Shown here one piece after another: positions 1 through 10,511 of a stretch of 64,000 nt of DNA. The translations under genes and the position numbers were made by a program. Source of the DNA: Gemmatimonadota bacterium (lineage in GTDB: Bacteria > Gemmatimonadota > Gemmatimonadetes > Gemmatimonadales > GWC2-71-9); NCBI GenBank assembly GCA_039589395.1, contig JBDHHK010000001.1, forward strand, positions 13,382 to 77,381, in the 5' to 3' direction. Under the pieces are notes generated by a model. It was not told the origin of the DNA and did no database searches. It was given only the letters and a program-made list of their open reading frames with translations. Each line of letters starts with the position of its first letter. Position 1 is the first letter of the stretch.

Positions 1-1068
1 ATAGGGAATGGGGTGGTTCTCGATCCCGAGACATTTATCGCTGAAGCGGAAGAGCTCGAAGCTAGAGGCATCGAATTGGCGGGCCGGGTGGCCATTTCTG
101 ATCGTACGCACCTAGTCTTGCCATATCACAAGCTGCTGGATAGTGCGGCTGAGTCACGACAGAAGATCGGGACCACCAGGCGTGGTATCGGGCCCGCGTA
201 TGAAGATCGAACAGGCCGTCGCGGAATACGAGTGGGCGATCTGAAAACACCCGACAGGATTGCGCGGCAGCTTAGGGAGAACGTCGAACGGGTGAACATG
301 CTGCTCGAGACGTTGGGGTCCGAAGAGAAAGCGGATGTGGACCAACATCTAAAGTTGGTCGAGAGGCTTGCGCCAAAGCTCGCTCCGCTATCGGCGGACA
401 TCGGGCAGCTGATACACGATTCGGTGAAGGCAGGCAAGAATGTGCTTCTGGAGGGTGCCCAAGGGACCTTATTGGACGTGGATCATGGTACCTATCCATT
501 CGTGACCTCGTCCAACACCACGGCCGGTGCAGCTACTGTAGGAGTGGGTATCAGTCCCCGTGCGCTCGACGTTGTACTGGGAGTCATCAAGGCCTATACC
601 ACGCGTGTAGGAAACGGGCCGTTTCCTACGGAGCAGGAAAACGAAGCAGGTGAAAGATTGCGGCGAATGGGTGGCGAGTTTGGCGCAACCACAGGCCGTC
701 CGCGCCGCTGTGGCTGGTTTGACGCGGTCGTCGGACGCTACGCGTCCAGAGTGAATGGCTTAACCCACCTTGCCGTCACCAAGCTCGATGTCCTCGACAC
801 CGTCGAGAGAATCCCGGTATGTGTTGGGTATGAGGTTAACGGTGAAAGACGAGACATATTCCCTGCGGAAGCGGAAACTGTCGAGCAGGTAGAACCGATC
901 TACGAAGAACTCGAAGGATGGTGTCAGCCAACATCGGGAATTCGGAGCTTCACCGACCTACCTGAAAAGGCTCGTGCCTATCTCGATCGAATTGAGACAT
1001 TGGTCGACGTTCCAGTGTCTTTCGTGAGTGTTGGAACACGGCGCGATCAGTTGATCAGGGTGGAGTGA
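1..1068 (+). CDS. purA: adenylosuccinate synthetase, 5' end outside window
   Basis: The frame is open back to nt 1 (IGNG precedes the GTG at 13). Motifs GTTRRGIGPAYEDR, TSSNTTAG and GATTGRPRRCGWFD are typical of PurA. Confidence 0.93.
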   Translation: MGNGVVLDPETFIAEAEELEARGIELAGRVAISDRTHLVLPYHKLLDSAAESRQKIGTTRRGIGPAYEDRTGRRGIRVGDLKTPDRIARQLRENVERVNMLLETLGSEEKADVDQHLKLVERLAPKLAPLSADIGQLIHDSVKAGKNVLLEGAQGTLLDVDHGTYPFVTSSNTTAGAATVGVGISPRALDVVLGVIKAYTTRVGNGPFPTEQENEAGERLRRMGGEFGATTGRPRRCGWFDAVVGRYASRVNGLTHLAVTKLDVLDTVERIPVCVGYEVNGERRDIFPAEAETVEQVEPIYEELEGWCQPTSGIRSFTDLPEKARAYLDRIETLVDVPVSFVSVGTRRDQLIRVE

Positions 1069-1087
1069 GAGACCAGCCGAATAGCTG

Positions 1088-3490
1088 TCAGAGAATCTTC
1101 CTGAAACGAGCACGAATGCTCTTACCGCCTGAACGTTCTCGGCGCGAACCGCTGCTGCCGCCATAGGAATAGTAGCTGTAATACTGCTCGTGCTTCGGAC
1201 TGACGCCATTTAGCACTACGCCAGCGATCCTCGTATGCACTCTTCGCAGCTGAGCCAGCGTGCGTTGCGCGGCTTGCTCCTCCGTCTCACCACTCTTGAG
1301 CACCACAATCATTGCGTCTGCCGCCGCGCCTATCACCGTAGAATCCGTTACTGGTAGCGTCGGCGGCGTATCCATGACGATGTAGTCATAGTCACGCCTC
1401 GCCTCGGCTATGAACTGCTGCATCGCGTTCGATCCCAAAAGTTCGGATGGGTTGGGTGGACGGGGACCCGATGGAAGAACGTCAAGGTTCGGCGCCACGT
1501 CGGCACGCACGGTCTCACGGATCGTTGCTTTGCCTACGAGGATGTCCGTCAAGCCAGGCTCGATTATCAGCTGGAAGGTGCGGTGCACCACGGGCCGCCT
1601 TAGGTCTCCGTCAACCAACAGCACCCTGGACGTGCTCTGCGCGAGCGCGACGGCAAGATTCACGGTCGTAGTGGATTTTCCTTCGCCGGGTCCTGGGCTG
1701 GTTACTGCAAGGAATTGGATTGGCCGCTCGGCTGCTACAAAGGTCACATTGGTGCGGAGCGAACGAAACGCTTCAACGGCCGGGTCCTCAGACGTCAACT
1801 TGGAGACAGCGACCACTGGCTGCTGCGAACCATTCGACTTGCCGGCAAAACTGGCATTGAGAGGGACGAGCCCGAGGACCGGCACTCCAATCACCCTCTC
1901 CACATCAGCTGATGACTTGATCGTCTGATCGAGGTATTCCAGGAAGAATGCGCCTCCGAGACCGAGAATCAGACCGACTAGAAGTCCGAGGAAAACCTTC
2001 TCACGGAGTCCAGTTCCTATCCTACCAGGGGGCGAAGCGCCATCGAGTATCTCGACGTAGTGGGATATCGTGGCTTCCTGCAACTGAGCCTGCTGATACT
2101 GGCCAAGTAGGTAGCTGTAGGTGTCCTGTAGGATGTCGCGTTCGATCTCGAGTTGTGCGATGCGAGTTTCTTTCCCTGGGAACGTCAAGAGGTGCGCACG
2201 CAATTCCTCGATTTCGCCGTCAAACGTATCTAGGCGCTGTTCCAGGCTTTCCAACGATGCTCTGACAGCCGCCTGAAGAGCTGAATGCCCGCTCTCGATG
2301 CGCTGAACCAGTGCTTGGACTTGTGGGTTGTCCTGTCTCAAGCCAAGTGCACCGGCCGTGAGTGTTCTTTGTTCCTCGTACAGCTGTAGCAGGTGCTCGA
2401 TCTGATAGAGGATGGCAGTGTTGTTGGCAGTGCTTTCCAGCGCAGCCAGTCTATTGAGAACGTCAACACCTAGCGCATCTGAATCCTCAGCAGCATCGCG
2501 CAGTGCGGACATTTGAATTAGGACGTCCTGACGCTGTCGTTCCAGACCCCTAATTGATGCCACGATCTGCTGCTCTTCCGCGGTGAGGTTGGTGATCTGT
2601 TGAGTTTCCTTGAAATCCTGTAACTCGCGCAGCTTTTCCTGCAGCTCGTCATCCCTGCTCTGCAGCTCATTGTAGATATACGCTACACGCTGCCGTGCGG
2701 TCCCAATAGCGCGGTCTTTGCCATCCTCCTGGAGCTCAAACGCAACTTGATTCAGGACATGAGGCACGAGTGATCTATCGGTACTCGTGAACCTGATACT
2801 CACTGCGTTTGTTTGGGAGACAACGGAGTAGGATATCCCTCCGCGGACCCACGCAGCCGCTTGGTCGGGCGATACGATGCGGAAACGGATTCCCTCTCCC
2901 GGAAGCTCCGGCTGATTGACCTGCATACTAAAGCCGGGGCCCTCAACTGCGGTTCCTAGTGTGCCTGCCCACAGGAGTGCTCCTGTATACTCGTCTCGCA
3001 ACTCATACGAGGCAGGTGCCGCAGGCTGCATTAGTACGTAATTACCCGAGGGCGCCGCTGTATCCACAACAATGGAACTGAAATAGTCACCCCGAAACTG
3101 ACTTGGGTTGACCAACTCAAATTGGAGCTGCAACTGCGGGGCACCGACCACTCGCAGCGCGAGTCGTTGGGTATTGAGTACCAAAGCTTCAGATAGTACG
3201 GGATCGGTTCTGAGTGCAAGCTCATCCACGTCGATGTCATCCATCCGCGCGAACACCTGTTTGCGGGATGAGATCTGCACGGTGAGTACTGATTGGTACT
3301 GGTCGATTGCGTCCCGGCCAGACAAGTACGCGCCACCAGCGGCGAGGATTGCCAACAACAATACCAAACGCCAGTGGTGCAGTACGACCTTGGTCAGGTC
3401 TTTGAGGTGAATTTCCCTAACTGCCGGGCCTCGCGGTCTGTCTACCGCAGCGCGCGCGTTTTGGCCCACCGTTGGTGATGCCTCGGTCAT
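1088..3490 (-). CDS. polysaccharide co-polymerase / bacterial tyrosine (BY) kinase, Wzc/GumC-like
   Basis: 800 aa. An N-terminal TM segment is followed by a long coiled-coil region, then a second TM (FLGLLVGLILGLGGAFFLEYL). The C-terminal P-loop domain has VTSPGPGEGKSTTTVNLA, LLVDGDLRRP and YIVMDTPP, and ends in a Tyr-rich tail YYSYYSYGG. Confidence 0.85.
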   Translation of the reverse strand: MTEASPTVGQNARAAVDRPRGPAVREIHLKDLTKVVLHHWRLVLLLAILAAGGAYLSGRDAIDQYQSVLTVQISSRKQVFARMDDIDVDELALRTDPVLSEALVLNTQRLALRVVGAPQLQLQFELVNPSQFRGDYFSSIVVDTAAPSGNYVLMQPAAPASYELRDEYTGALLWAGTLGTAVEGPGFSMQVNQPELPGEGIRFRIVSPDQAAAWVRGGISYSVVSQTNAVSIRFTSTDRSLVPHVLNQVAFELQEDGKDRAIGTARQRVAYIYNELQSRDDELQEKLRELQDFKETQQITNLTAEEQQIVASIRGLERQRQDVLIQMSALRDAAEDSDALGVDVLNRLAALESTANNTAILYQIEHLLQLYEEQRTLTAGALGLRQDNPQVQALVQRIESGHSALQAAVRASLESLEQRLDTFDGEIEELRAHLLTFPGKETRIAQLEIERDILQDTYSYLLGQYQQAQLQEATISHYVEILDGASPPGRIGTGLREKVFLGLLVGLILGLGGAFFLEYLDQTIKSSADVERVIGVPVLGLVPLNASFAGKSNGSQQPVVAVSKLTSEDPAVEAFRSLRTNVTFVAAERPIQFLAVTSPGPGEGKSTTTVNLAVALAQSTSRVLLVDGDLRRPVVHRTFQLIIEPGLTDILVGKATIRETVRADVAPNLDVLPSGPRPPNPSELLGSNAMQQFIAEARRDYDYIVMDTPPTLPVTDSTVIGAAADAMIVVLKSGETEEQAAQRTLAQLRRVHTRIAGVVLNGVSPKHEQYYSYYSYGGSSGSRRERSGGKSIRARFRKIL

Positions 3491-3976
3491 CTAGTTCAAT
3501 GCGCGCGCCACGCGCGTCTCTCGGTGGTAGTGATGGGTCTGGCTCTTGATGAAGTTGTTGAGGATAGGAACCCTATTGCCGCAAGGTAACTCATTGCGGC
3601 ATTTCAACTTCTGGTCCTTCAACACTGGATTCGCATGTTGTTCCCAGGACCTAATTGAAGTTGGTGAAAGTGACTCAATTATGGGTCTGAGCAAGCGCCT
3701 CCATCAAACCTCGACAAAAACTGGCCGGCCGACATTGCGCCACATATTAAGTACTCCGGTTTAGTTGCACAAGTCGTGATATCACAATCTCTTACGCGGT
3801 TGTCGCGCTGCGCTCCCGACCTCTCCGTTGCGCATGCGGTATCTATAGGCACTCAGAAATCGTTGAACTCGATGCTCCATTGATCGAAAGGCATTTCGCT
3901 TGCTGGAGGGGCATGCTGTCCCTATACTTCGCCTCTTCGGAATATCCATTTTGAATCTGAATCGCAAAGATAAGGT

Positions 3977-5314
3977 GTGATGGCTGACACTTCGCTAATG
4001 GACAGGCTCGTTTCCCTAGCAAAGCGCAGGGGTTTCGTATTTCAATCATCTGAGATATACGGTGGCGTGGGGTCAGTATGGGACTACGGCCCACTGGGTG
4101 TCGAATTGAAGAAGAACCTCAAGGAGCGCTGGTGGCGCTCGATGGTTTACGAGAGGGACGATATCGAGGGGATCGACGCCGCGATCCTAATGCATCCGAA
4201 GGTCTGGGAAGCTTCGGGCCACGTGTCTGGCTTCACCGACCCCCTTGTAGACTGCAAGACGTGCAAGAACCGGTTCCGAAGCGATGACGAGCGAATAAAG
4301 GGCGAGCCGGGTAAGCCGGACGCTCAGTGTCCAATATGCGGCAATAAGGGAACACTCACCGAACCGCGGATGTTCAACCTCATGTTCAAGACATTCATGG
4401 GACCCGTTGAAGATGATGCGGCCGTCGTTTACCTCCGACCAGAAACGGCGCAAGGTATCTACGTCAACTACCTGAACGTGATGCAGGCGTCACGCCAAAG
4501 GATCCCGTTCGGAATAGCGCAGATCGGCAAAGCGTTCCGCAACGAGATTACGCCGGGGAACTTCACGTTTCGCACGCGGGAATTCGAGCAGATGGAAATG
4601 CAATTCTTCGTGAAACCCGGTGAGGATGATCGGTGGTTTGAAGAATGGCGTGAGCTCCGGATGAACTGGCACAAGGAGCTCGGGATTTCGGCGGACAAAC
4701 TTCGCTTTCATCAGCACGCCGGCGACGAGCTCGCGCATTACGCGAAAGTCGCATACGACATTGAGTACGAGTTTCCGTTTGGGTGGCAGGAGTTTGAAGG
4801 GATCCATAACCGCACGGACTTTGATCTGAGTCGGCACCAAGAGTGCTCGAATAAGAAGCTTGTCTATGTAGATACCGTCAACAACGAGCGGTTCATACCC
4901 TACATTGTCGAGACATCGCTCGGGGCCGACAGGTTGGCGTTGGCTGTCATGGTCGATGCGTACAAGGAGGAGGAAATATCAGGTGACAAGCGAGTAGTAA
5001 TGGCGTTCAATCCAATCGTTGCACCGATAAAGATTGGCGTCTTCCCGCTCGTCAAGAAGGATGGCATGCCCGAATTTGCTAGGAGGGTCTACGATGATCT
5101 GCGAAGTCGGTACCCTTCGTTCTACGATGAGAGCGGTGCGATCGGTAGGCGGTACCGCAGGCAGGACGAGGTGGGAACCCCGTTCGGAATTACAGTAGAC
5201 GGGCAAACGCTTGAGGATCAGACGGTGACTGTTCGAGATCGTGACACTCTTGCGCAAGATCGCGTTAGTGTCGATCAACTCCTTACTTACCTCGCCGAGC
5301 GTCTAAGGGCGTGA
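3977..5314 (+). CDS. glyQS: glycine--tRNA ligase (dimeric class II type)
   Basis: N-terminus LAKRRGFVFQSSEIYGG..WDYGPLG, plus FRNEITPGNFTFRTREFEQMEMQFF and GADRL motifs. The true start may be the ATG at 3980, since the track start at 3977 is GTG. Confidence 0.93.
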   Translation: MMADTSLMDRLVSLAKRRGFVFQSSEIYGGVGSVWDYGPLGVELKKNLKERWWRSMVYERDDIEGIDAAILMHPKVWEASGHVSGFTDPLVDCKTCKNRFRSDDERIKGEPGKPDAQCPICGNKGTLTEPRMFNLMFKTFMGPVEDDAAVVYLRPETAQGIYVNYLNVMQASRQRIPFGIAQIGKAFRNEITPGNFTFRTREFEQMEMQFFVKPGEDDRWFEEWRELRMNWHKELGISADKLRFHQHAGDELAHYAKVAYDIEYEFPFGWQEFEGIHNRTDFDLSRHQECSNKKLVYVDTVNNERFIPYIVETSLGADRLALAVMVDAYKEEEISGDKRVVMAFNPIVAPIKIGVFPLVKKDGMPEFARRVYDDLRSRYPSFYDESGAIGRRYRRQDEVGTPFGITVDGQTLEDQTVTVRDRDTLAQDRVSVDQLLTYLAERLRA

Positions 5315-6768
5315 ACCTCCTTGACCTCGTATCAACTGGCGAGGCAATGCAGGAAGACCTCGGTCGGGAATATTACCTGACCGGTGCGGGTCTCAAGCCC
5401 GAGCCCGCGTTCCAGGACATATACGACAGGTATCGAGTGCTCCTTGGCGACGAAGCACTCGAGCTGGTGGTTGACTCCGGCTCGAATGTGTTGCTCGAGT
5501 GGCTCTTGGAGCTGCGCACCGGCAGGAAAACGGCGCAGCTCGACGAACAGCGGATCCTCTGGGAACAAGGAGCTGTTCTCGATGTCGGGGGGCGAAAGAT
5601 CGACTATCTCAAGGCGCCGATCGAGCTCGCCAACTCTGCTGACAGGGCATTCAGGATTGCGTTGGATGAAACGCGCGCGAAGGCGAGCGCGGAAGGCCTG
5701 GACGATCTGCGTCGAGACCGGTTTCGTCTCGAGCATGAAGAAATGGCCCAACCCCGATATGGTGGCTACACCAAGACTCTCAGCATATTGACAGGTATAG
5801 ACTTCCACGAACTAGCCAGGGATGCGGCCCAGTTTCTCGAAGCAACACAAGACATGTACTCGGAGTGCCTCGCCGATTTGGTTCGCGGACGACTCGGCCT
5901 TGACCTGTCTGAGCTGGTTCGCGCAGATGTTGCTTGGGCGTTCAGGGCGGGCGGGTTCGATTTCGCGTTTCGTTCGGATAATATGCTCGATGTAGCGGTC
6001 ACGCAGATGAACGACATGGGGCTCGATGCGAAACACAACGGAAGAGTGAGGTTCGACACCGAGGAACGGACCGGAAAAAACCCTAGGGCATTCTGTGTGC
6101 CGGTAAAGGTACCGACCGAGGTGTACCTTGTTTTGCGTCCACAGGGCGGCCACGGCGACTATCGCACGTTTTGGCACGAACTCGGTCACGCAATGCACTT
6201 TGCATCGCCGACCCCTGACATGCCGTTCGAGGCTCGCTGGCTCGGTGACAACTCTGTTACCGAAGGGTTCGCCATGCTTTGGGATCACCTGACCGGCGAC
6301 CGGCTGTGGCTTCGAAGGTATGTCGAGTTGAATGAAGGAGACCAACAGAGACTTGTGCGAGAGTCTGGAGTGCAAGAACTCTACCTCGCCCGGAGGTACG
6401 CGGCCAAGCTCATCTACGAGTTGTCGCTGCACGACAGCGATCTTACGGGCCTGGGAGCGGAATACGCAGAGAGGCTCAGCGCGGCGACCCTCTTTGAGTA
6501 CACGGAACGTGACTGCCTATCGGATGTTGATCCTGGCTTCTACTGCGCGCGGTATCTGCGAGCATGGCAGTTGGAGGCAGTGCTTTCCAACACTCTCAGG
6601 GAACGGTTCGACGAAGATTGGTTTCGGAACCCGCGAGCTGGGGCATTTGTCCACGAGTTAATGAGTCTAGGGCAAAGCAAGCCGGCGCAGGAGTTAGCGC
6701 GCGAGGTGACTGGTACTCCACTCACGTTCAAACCACTACACGACCGCCTTGAGAAAGCACTTTCCTGA
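5311..6768 (+). CDS. gluzincin metallopeptidase (M3/oligoendopeptidase-like), function uncertain
   Basis: HEXXH motif (FWHELGHAMHF) with a downstream Glu (VTEGFAMLWD). The GTG start overlaps the glyQS stop (GTGA at 5311-5314). Confidence 0.6.
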   Translation: MNLLDLVSTGEAMQEDLGREYYLTGAGLKPEPAFQDIYDRYRVLLGDEALELVVDSGSNVLLEWLLELRTGRKTAQLDEQRILWEQGAVLDVGGRKIDYLKAPIELANSADRAFRIALDETRAKASAEGLDDLRRDRFRLEHEEMAQPRYGGYTKTLSILTGIDFHELARDAAQFLEATQDMYSECLADLVRGRLGLDLSELVRADVAWAFRAGGFDFAFRSDNMLDVAVTQMNDMGLDAKHNGRVRFDTEERTGKNPRAFCVPVKVPTEVYLVLRPQGGHGDYRTFWHELGHAMHFASPTPDMPFEARWLGDNSVTEGFAMLWDHLTGDRLWLRRYVELNEGDQQRLVRESGVQELYLARRYAAKLIYELSLHDSDLTGLGAEYAERLSAATLFEYTERDCLSDVDPGFYCARYLRAWQLEAVLSNTLRERFDEDWFRNPRAGAFVHELMSLGQSKPAQELAREVTGTPLTFKPLHDRLEKALS

Positions 6769-6808
6769 TGGTGCTTGCCGGCCTCAGTCCCATCGATAAT
6801 TTGGACCT

Positions 6809-7549
6809 ATGTCGTTCAAGCTGACCCCCTCGTTTCTGCTCACCACGCTGCAACCCTGGACGGAGATCGTCGAGCCCATCTACAAGCGTGTCGCTGAACT
6901 TGCTGAGGCAAGCGAAGGGGGGGAGACACTTTGGATTGGCTGTGGCTCTGGTCGGTCTGTGCTCTGGTGGTCCCAGAAGTTCGAAACGATGACGCACGGG
7001 CTGGATCCCGACCCGGACGCGATTGAGGCTGCGGAGGAACGAGTTCGCGGTACCTCCCTGACTAGCAGGGTGACGTTTCAGCATGCAGATCCATCAGACC
7101 TTCCGCATGAAGACAGGGTGTTCGACACGGTTGTCGTACACATGCTCTACATGCGAAGCCCCGCAGGGGAGCAGATTCTGAAGGAGGCGGTGCGCGTTCT
7201 GAGACCGTTGGGAAGTATCGTCGTGATCGCACCGTCTTGGCTGCAAACGCCTCGAGAGTCGGATTCAAAGTTGATAGAATCATTGGGTTTCTCACCACGT
7301 GTGACAATGGGGTGGAAGGGGCACCTCCGCGACGCCGGGGCCGTCGAGCTAACGGTGGAGGAGGCTGCCAAGGGGAGGCATTGGTTCACGATGGGGCTGT
7401 TTTCTCTGGTTGTTCGGGGGTGGCACGCCGCCGGCTGGGCCGGCGCCCGTGCGATGATGAGTCGCGAAGTATGGGCGCTTCGCCGCCTAACCCGAAAACG
7501 TATCCTCGGCCTTTCAATCTTGAAGGGCGCCCGTTGGCCGCACAATTGA
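6809..7549 (+). CDS. class I SAM-dependent methyltransferase
   Basis: Glycine-rich SAM motif I (LWIGCGSGRS), an acidic motif II region, and VLRPLGSIVV motif. Confidence 0.65.
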   Translation: MSFKLTPSFLLTTLQPWTEIVEPIYKRVAELAEASEGGETLWIGCGSGRSVLWWSQKFETMTHGLDPDPDAIEAAEERVRGTSLTSRVTFQHADPSDLPHEDRVFDTVVVHMLYMRSPAGEQILKEAVRVLRPLGSIVVIAPSWLQTPRESDSKLIESLGFSPRVTMGWKGHLRDAGAVELTVEEAAKGRHWFTMGLFSLVVRGWHAAGWAGARAMMSREVWALRRLTRKRILGLSILKGARWPHN

Positions 7550-7574
7550 ACAGAGTGTTGCTGGCTAGGGGCAC

Positions 7575-9992
7575 ATGATTCCGAAAACCTGTTTCGTCGC
7601 CTTACCGATCCCGGCTCTCAAGCCGTATGCGTACGCGATCCCCACGAGCCTTGCAGACCGCGTCTTACCGGGAGCTAGAGTACTCGTCCCTGTCAGATCA
7701 CGAGAACTAATCGGTGTGGTGCTCGAAGTCAGCGAAGACGAGGTTGAAGGCCTCAAAGAAGTCTTGTTGGTTCCTGATGCGGAGCCGATCCTCCCGCATT
7801 CCCTGCTTGAACTAGGTACCTGGATTTCCAACTACTACACGACACCGGTGGGACTCACATTTCGAGCGATGCTACCGCCGGCGCTCTGGGGAAGCTCTAG
7901 GCTCATTGCGCGCACGGTTGCTTCCAAGGTGAACGTTGGGGGCGCCAGTCGTGATGTATTCGATCAGCTGAGACGGTCTGGAGGGCGAATGGCGGCCGCA
8001 AGCCTCGCCCGCAGACTGAGACGCCCTGTGTGGGACACGCTTCAGCGCCTAGCTCGCTCCGGAGCGATAACCCTCGAAACCGAGCCTGCAAGGATAGGTC
8101 CCGCTCCACACGTCGAAAAGGTCATCGTGATCTCGAAAGACATGCCCTCGATACTGGAACGTCAACAGGCCTTCGGACGCGCCATGAGGCAACGCGGGGC
8201 ATATGAGGCGGTGGAAGCACTGGGCGGCGAGGCACCCGTCATTCATCTGCGCGATCAGCTCGGCTTCTCGGTGGCTGTCATCAAAGGTCTCGTGGAAAGA
8301 GGCGTCGCGAAAATTGAGGCACGCGAACGACTTCGCGACCCATTCAGTGCCATAGTCGGTGCTACACCTCCGTCTCCAAACCCCGACCAACGACAGGCGG
8401 TGAGCGCGATAGGAAAGATGCCGAAAGGCCATGCTGCACTTCTCTGGGGTGTGACGGGCAGCGGCAAGACCCTTGTATACCTGGAGGCGTTTAGGGAGGA
8501 GGTGGAACGAGGAAGAGGCGCGATCGTATTGGTCCCCGAGATATCGCTCACGCCACAGGCGATATCGAGGGTGATCGGCGTGTTCGGCGACACTGTCGCC
8601 GTGCTACACTCCGGCCTTTCAGATGCCGAACGGGCTGATGCCTGGCGCGCAGTTGTTTCCGGGCAGCGGCGCGTTGTGGTTGGGGCACGATCTGCAGTGT
8701 TTGCGCCAGTTCGTGACCTCGCGGCAATCATTGTCGATGAAGAGCACGACGCCAGCTACAAACATGGAGAATCACCTAGATATCACGCCCGCGATGTTGC
8801 GCTCAAGCGCGCTGGTATCGAGGGAGCGCGCGTAATCCTCGGCAGCGCGACACCGTCGTTGGAGGCATGGCTGGCCCGCGATCGGATCGTTTCCATATCG
8901 CTGCCTCAAAGGGTGGAGGACCGACCACTTCCGGAAGTCTCTCTGGTGGACATGCGGTCCGTGCCAATCCTGCACGAGAGCGGTGCAGTGCCCTGGTCGA
9001 AGACGCTTGACGAAACGCTAGATGAGACACTTCAAAAAGGTCAGCAGGCGATACTGCTGCTCAATCGCAGAGGCTACGCCCACTTTCTGCAGTGCGCAAC
9101 ATGTGGCAACGTCGCTGGATGTCCCCACTGCAGCATCTCACTCACCGTCCACCGTACTCCGGCGATGCTGCGCTGCCACTACTGTGGCCACGACGAAACC
9201 ATGCCCGACAGGTGCTCGGAGTGTGGTCAATCAACAAGAAAAGAAAGAGGCACTGGAACGCAGTTGTTGGAGCGGTGGCTTGCAGAGCGTTATCCTGCTG
9301 CGCGGCTTGCACGTATGGATGCAGACACGACTACTGCGCGGTGGTCGCATGCCCGAATTCTCGAAGCCGTCGAATTGCGGAAAGTCGACATCCTCTTCGG
9401 AACTCAGATGATCGCCAAGGGCTTGGACTTCCCTGGTGTTACTCTGGTGGGTGTTGTCGACGCGGATACTGGACTTCACCTACCCGATTTCCGAGCTCCG
9501 GAACGCACGTTCCAGCTAATCGCACAGGTGGCCGGCCGCGCAGGTCGTGGTCCGGATGGTGGCCGTGTGCTCGTGCAAACTCGGACACCTCACCACTACG
9601 CGCTCGAGGCGGCTGCGCGACACAACTTCGAGGCCTTCGCTGCTCGTGAACTCGAGGTTCGACGGGCACCTATCTACCCTCCGCACGTCGGGTTGGTGAA
9701 CGTTGTGGTGAGCGGGCTCGACGAGACGCACGTCTCGAAAGCTGCAGCCGATATTGCCGCTTGGATGCGCGGCCTCGTGGCGAAGCGAGCGGATGGGGAC
9801 GTCGATGTCTTAGGACCGGCACCGGCGCCTCTAGCGCGAATCAAGCGTCGTTGGCGGTGGCACGTGCTCTACCGTGGCGAAGACAAGTCGATCGTCGACC
9901 GAGTCACACGCTACGCGGCGAGGCGCGTGCCCCATAAGGCGGACGCGCAGCTTCGTGTGGTGTTTGACCGTGATCCAGTTTCTGTACTGTAG
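7575..9992 (+). CDS. priA: primosomal replication-restart helicase PriA
   Basis: Walker A GVTGSGKT, DEEHD box, Cys-rich zinc region (CATCG..CPHCS..CHYCG..CSECG), and C-terminal RWRWHVL motif. Confidence 0.93.
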   Translation: MIPKTCFVALPIPALKPYAYAIPTSLADRVLPGARVLVPVRSRELIGVVLEVSEDEVEGLKEVLLVPDAEPILPHSLLELGTWISNYYTTPVGLTFRAMLPPALWGSSRLIARTVASKVNVGGASRDVFDQLRRSGGRMAAASLARRLRRPVWDTLQRLARSGAITLETEPARIGPAPHVEKVIVISKDMPSILERQQAFGRAMRQRGAYEAVEALGGEAPVIHLRDQLGFSVAVIKGLVERGVAKIEARERLRDPFSAIVGATPPSPNPDQRQAVSAIGKMPKGHAALLWGVTGSGKTLVYLEAFREEVERGRGAIVLVPEISLTPQAISRVIGVFGDTVAVLHSGLSDAERADAWRAVVSGQRRVVVGARSAVFAPVRDLAAIIVDEEHDASYKHGESPRYHARDVALKRAGIEGARVILGSATPSLEAWLARDRIVSISLPQRVEDRPLPEVSLVDMRSVPILHESGAVPWSKTLDETLDETLQKGQQAILLLNRRGYAHFLQCATCGNVAGCPHCSISLTVHRTPAMLRCHYCGHDETMPDRCSECGQSTRKERGTGTQLLERWLAERYPAARLARMDADTTTARWSHARILEAVELRKVDILFGTQMIAKGLDFPGVTLVGVVDADTGLHLPDFRAPERTFQLIAQVAGRAGRGPDGGRVLVQTRTPHHYALEAAARHNFEAFAARELEVRRAPIYPPHVGLVNVVVSGLDETHVSKAAADIAAWMRGLVAKRADGDVDVLGPAPAPLARIKRRWRWHVLYRGEDKSIVDRVTRYAARRVPHKADAQLRVVFDRDPVSVL

Positions 9993-10121
9993 AGCCTACT
10001 TGTAACGCTCTTCAGCGCCCGATATCTTGGTTCCCTGTACTTCCGTAGCGCGAGTCTTCACACATATGCTCCTTGCTGTTGCTCCGGAGCCACTCGTGAA
10101 CGTTGATCGAACGGTGCTCTC

Positions 10122-10505
10122 ATGGGAATCGAACCTCGAGTAGAAGTGGCTCATGGACCTGGCCTGGGTCCCGGATGGACTCGTGTGGCGGAGGCTCTTG
10201 CTGCTCAGGTGGAACCGGGGGACATCGAGGGGATTTGGCTCTTCGAGCCGGTCAGGCGCGAGGAGCGGGAGTGGGGCGTTGCAGTAGTATCCTGTCGCAC
10301 CGCCGAGACGCGCCGTCGCATATTCACAGCCAGTTATATGATGATCATGAGGGGCCGGGAAAAGGGCCACGGCAAAGTGGCTGTCGAAGAAGTTGGTGAA
10401 AGCCCCGCGACAGTGCTCGAGGATGTCCTAAGAGGAGTGCGCGACCGCGCGGGTGAAACCGAGCCACCGGTCGAAATATCCAAAGATCTCTGGTACTCGG
10501 AGTAA
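10122..10505 (+). CDS. hypothetical protein (127 aa)
   Basis: Only coding-looking composition and its fit between priA and pdaD on the same strand support this call. No recognisable motif. It competes with a junk-looking antisense ORF at 9996-10370. Confidence 0.45.
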   Translation: MGIEPRVEVAHGPGLGPGWTRVAEALAAQVEPGDIEGIWLFEPVRREEREWGVAVVSCRTAETRRRIFTASYMMIMRGREKGHGKVAVEEVGESPATVLEDVLRGVRDRAGETEPPVEISKDLWYSE

Positions 10506-10511
10506 ACGCCG

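Noticed and set aside
3776-3785. Perfect 10-bp palindrome GTGATATCAC in the large intergenic region.
   Set aside because: One such palindrome in ~490 bp is close to chance expectation. The half-site spacing does not match CRP/FNR-type sites.
6917-6923. G7 homopolymer inside the methyltransferase gene, as a possible phase-variation tract.
   Set aside because: It is short for slipped-strand switching, it simply encodes Gly-Gly in a GC-rich gene, and there is no contingency-locus context.
10125-10136. GGGAATCGAACC, which is the reverse complement of a tRNA T-loop-like GGTTCGATTCCC. It hinted at a minus-strand tRNA.
   Set aside because: After reverse-complementing the flanks, only 2 of 5 T-stem pairs form and no acceptor or anticodon arms can be drawn. 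The motif lies inside the 10122-10505 ORF. No other tRNA-like T-arm with a proper stem was found in intergenic gaps.
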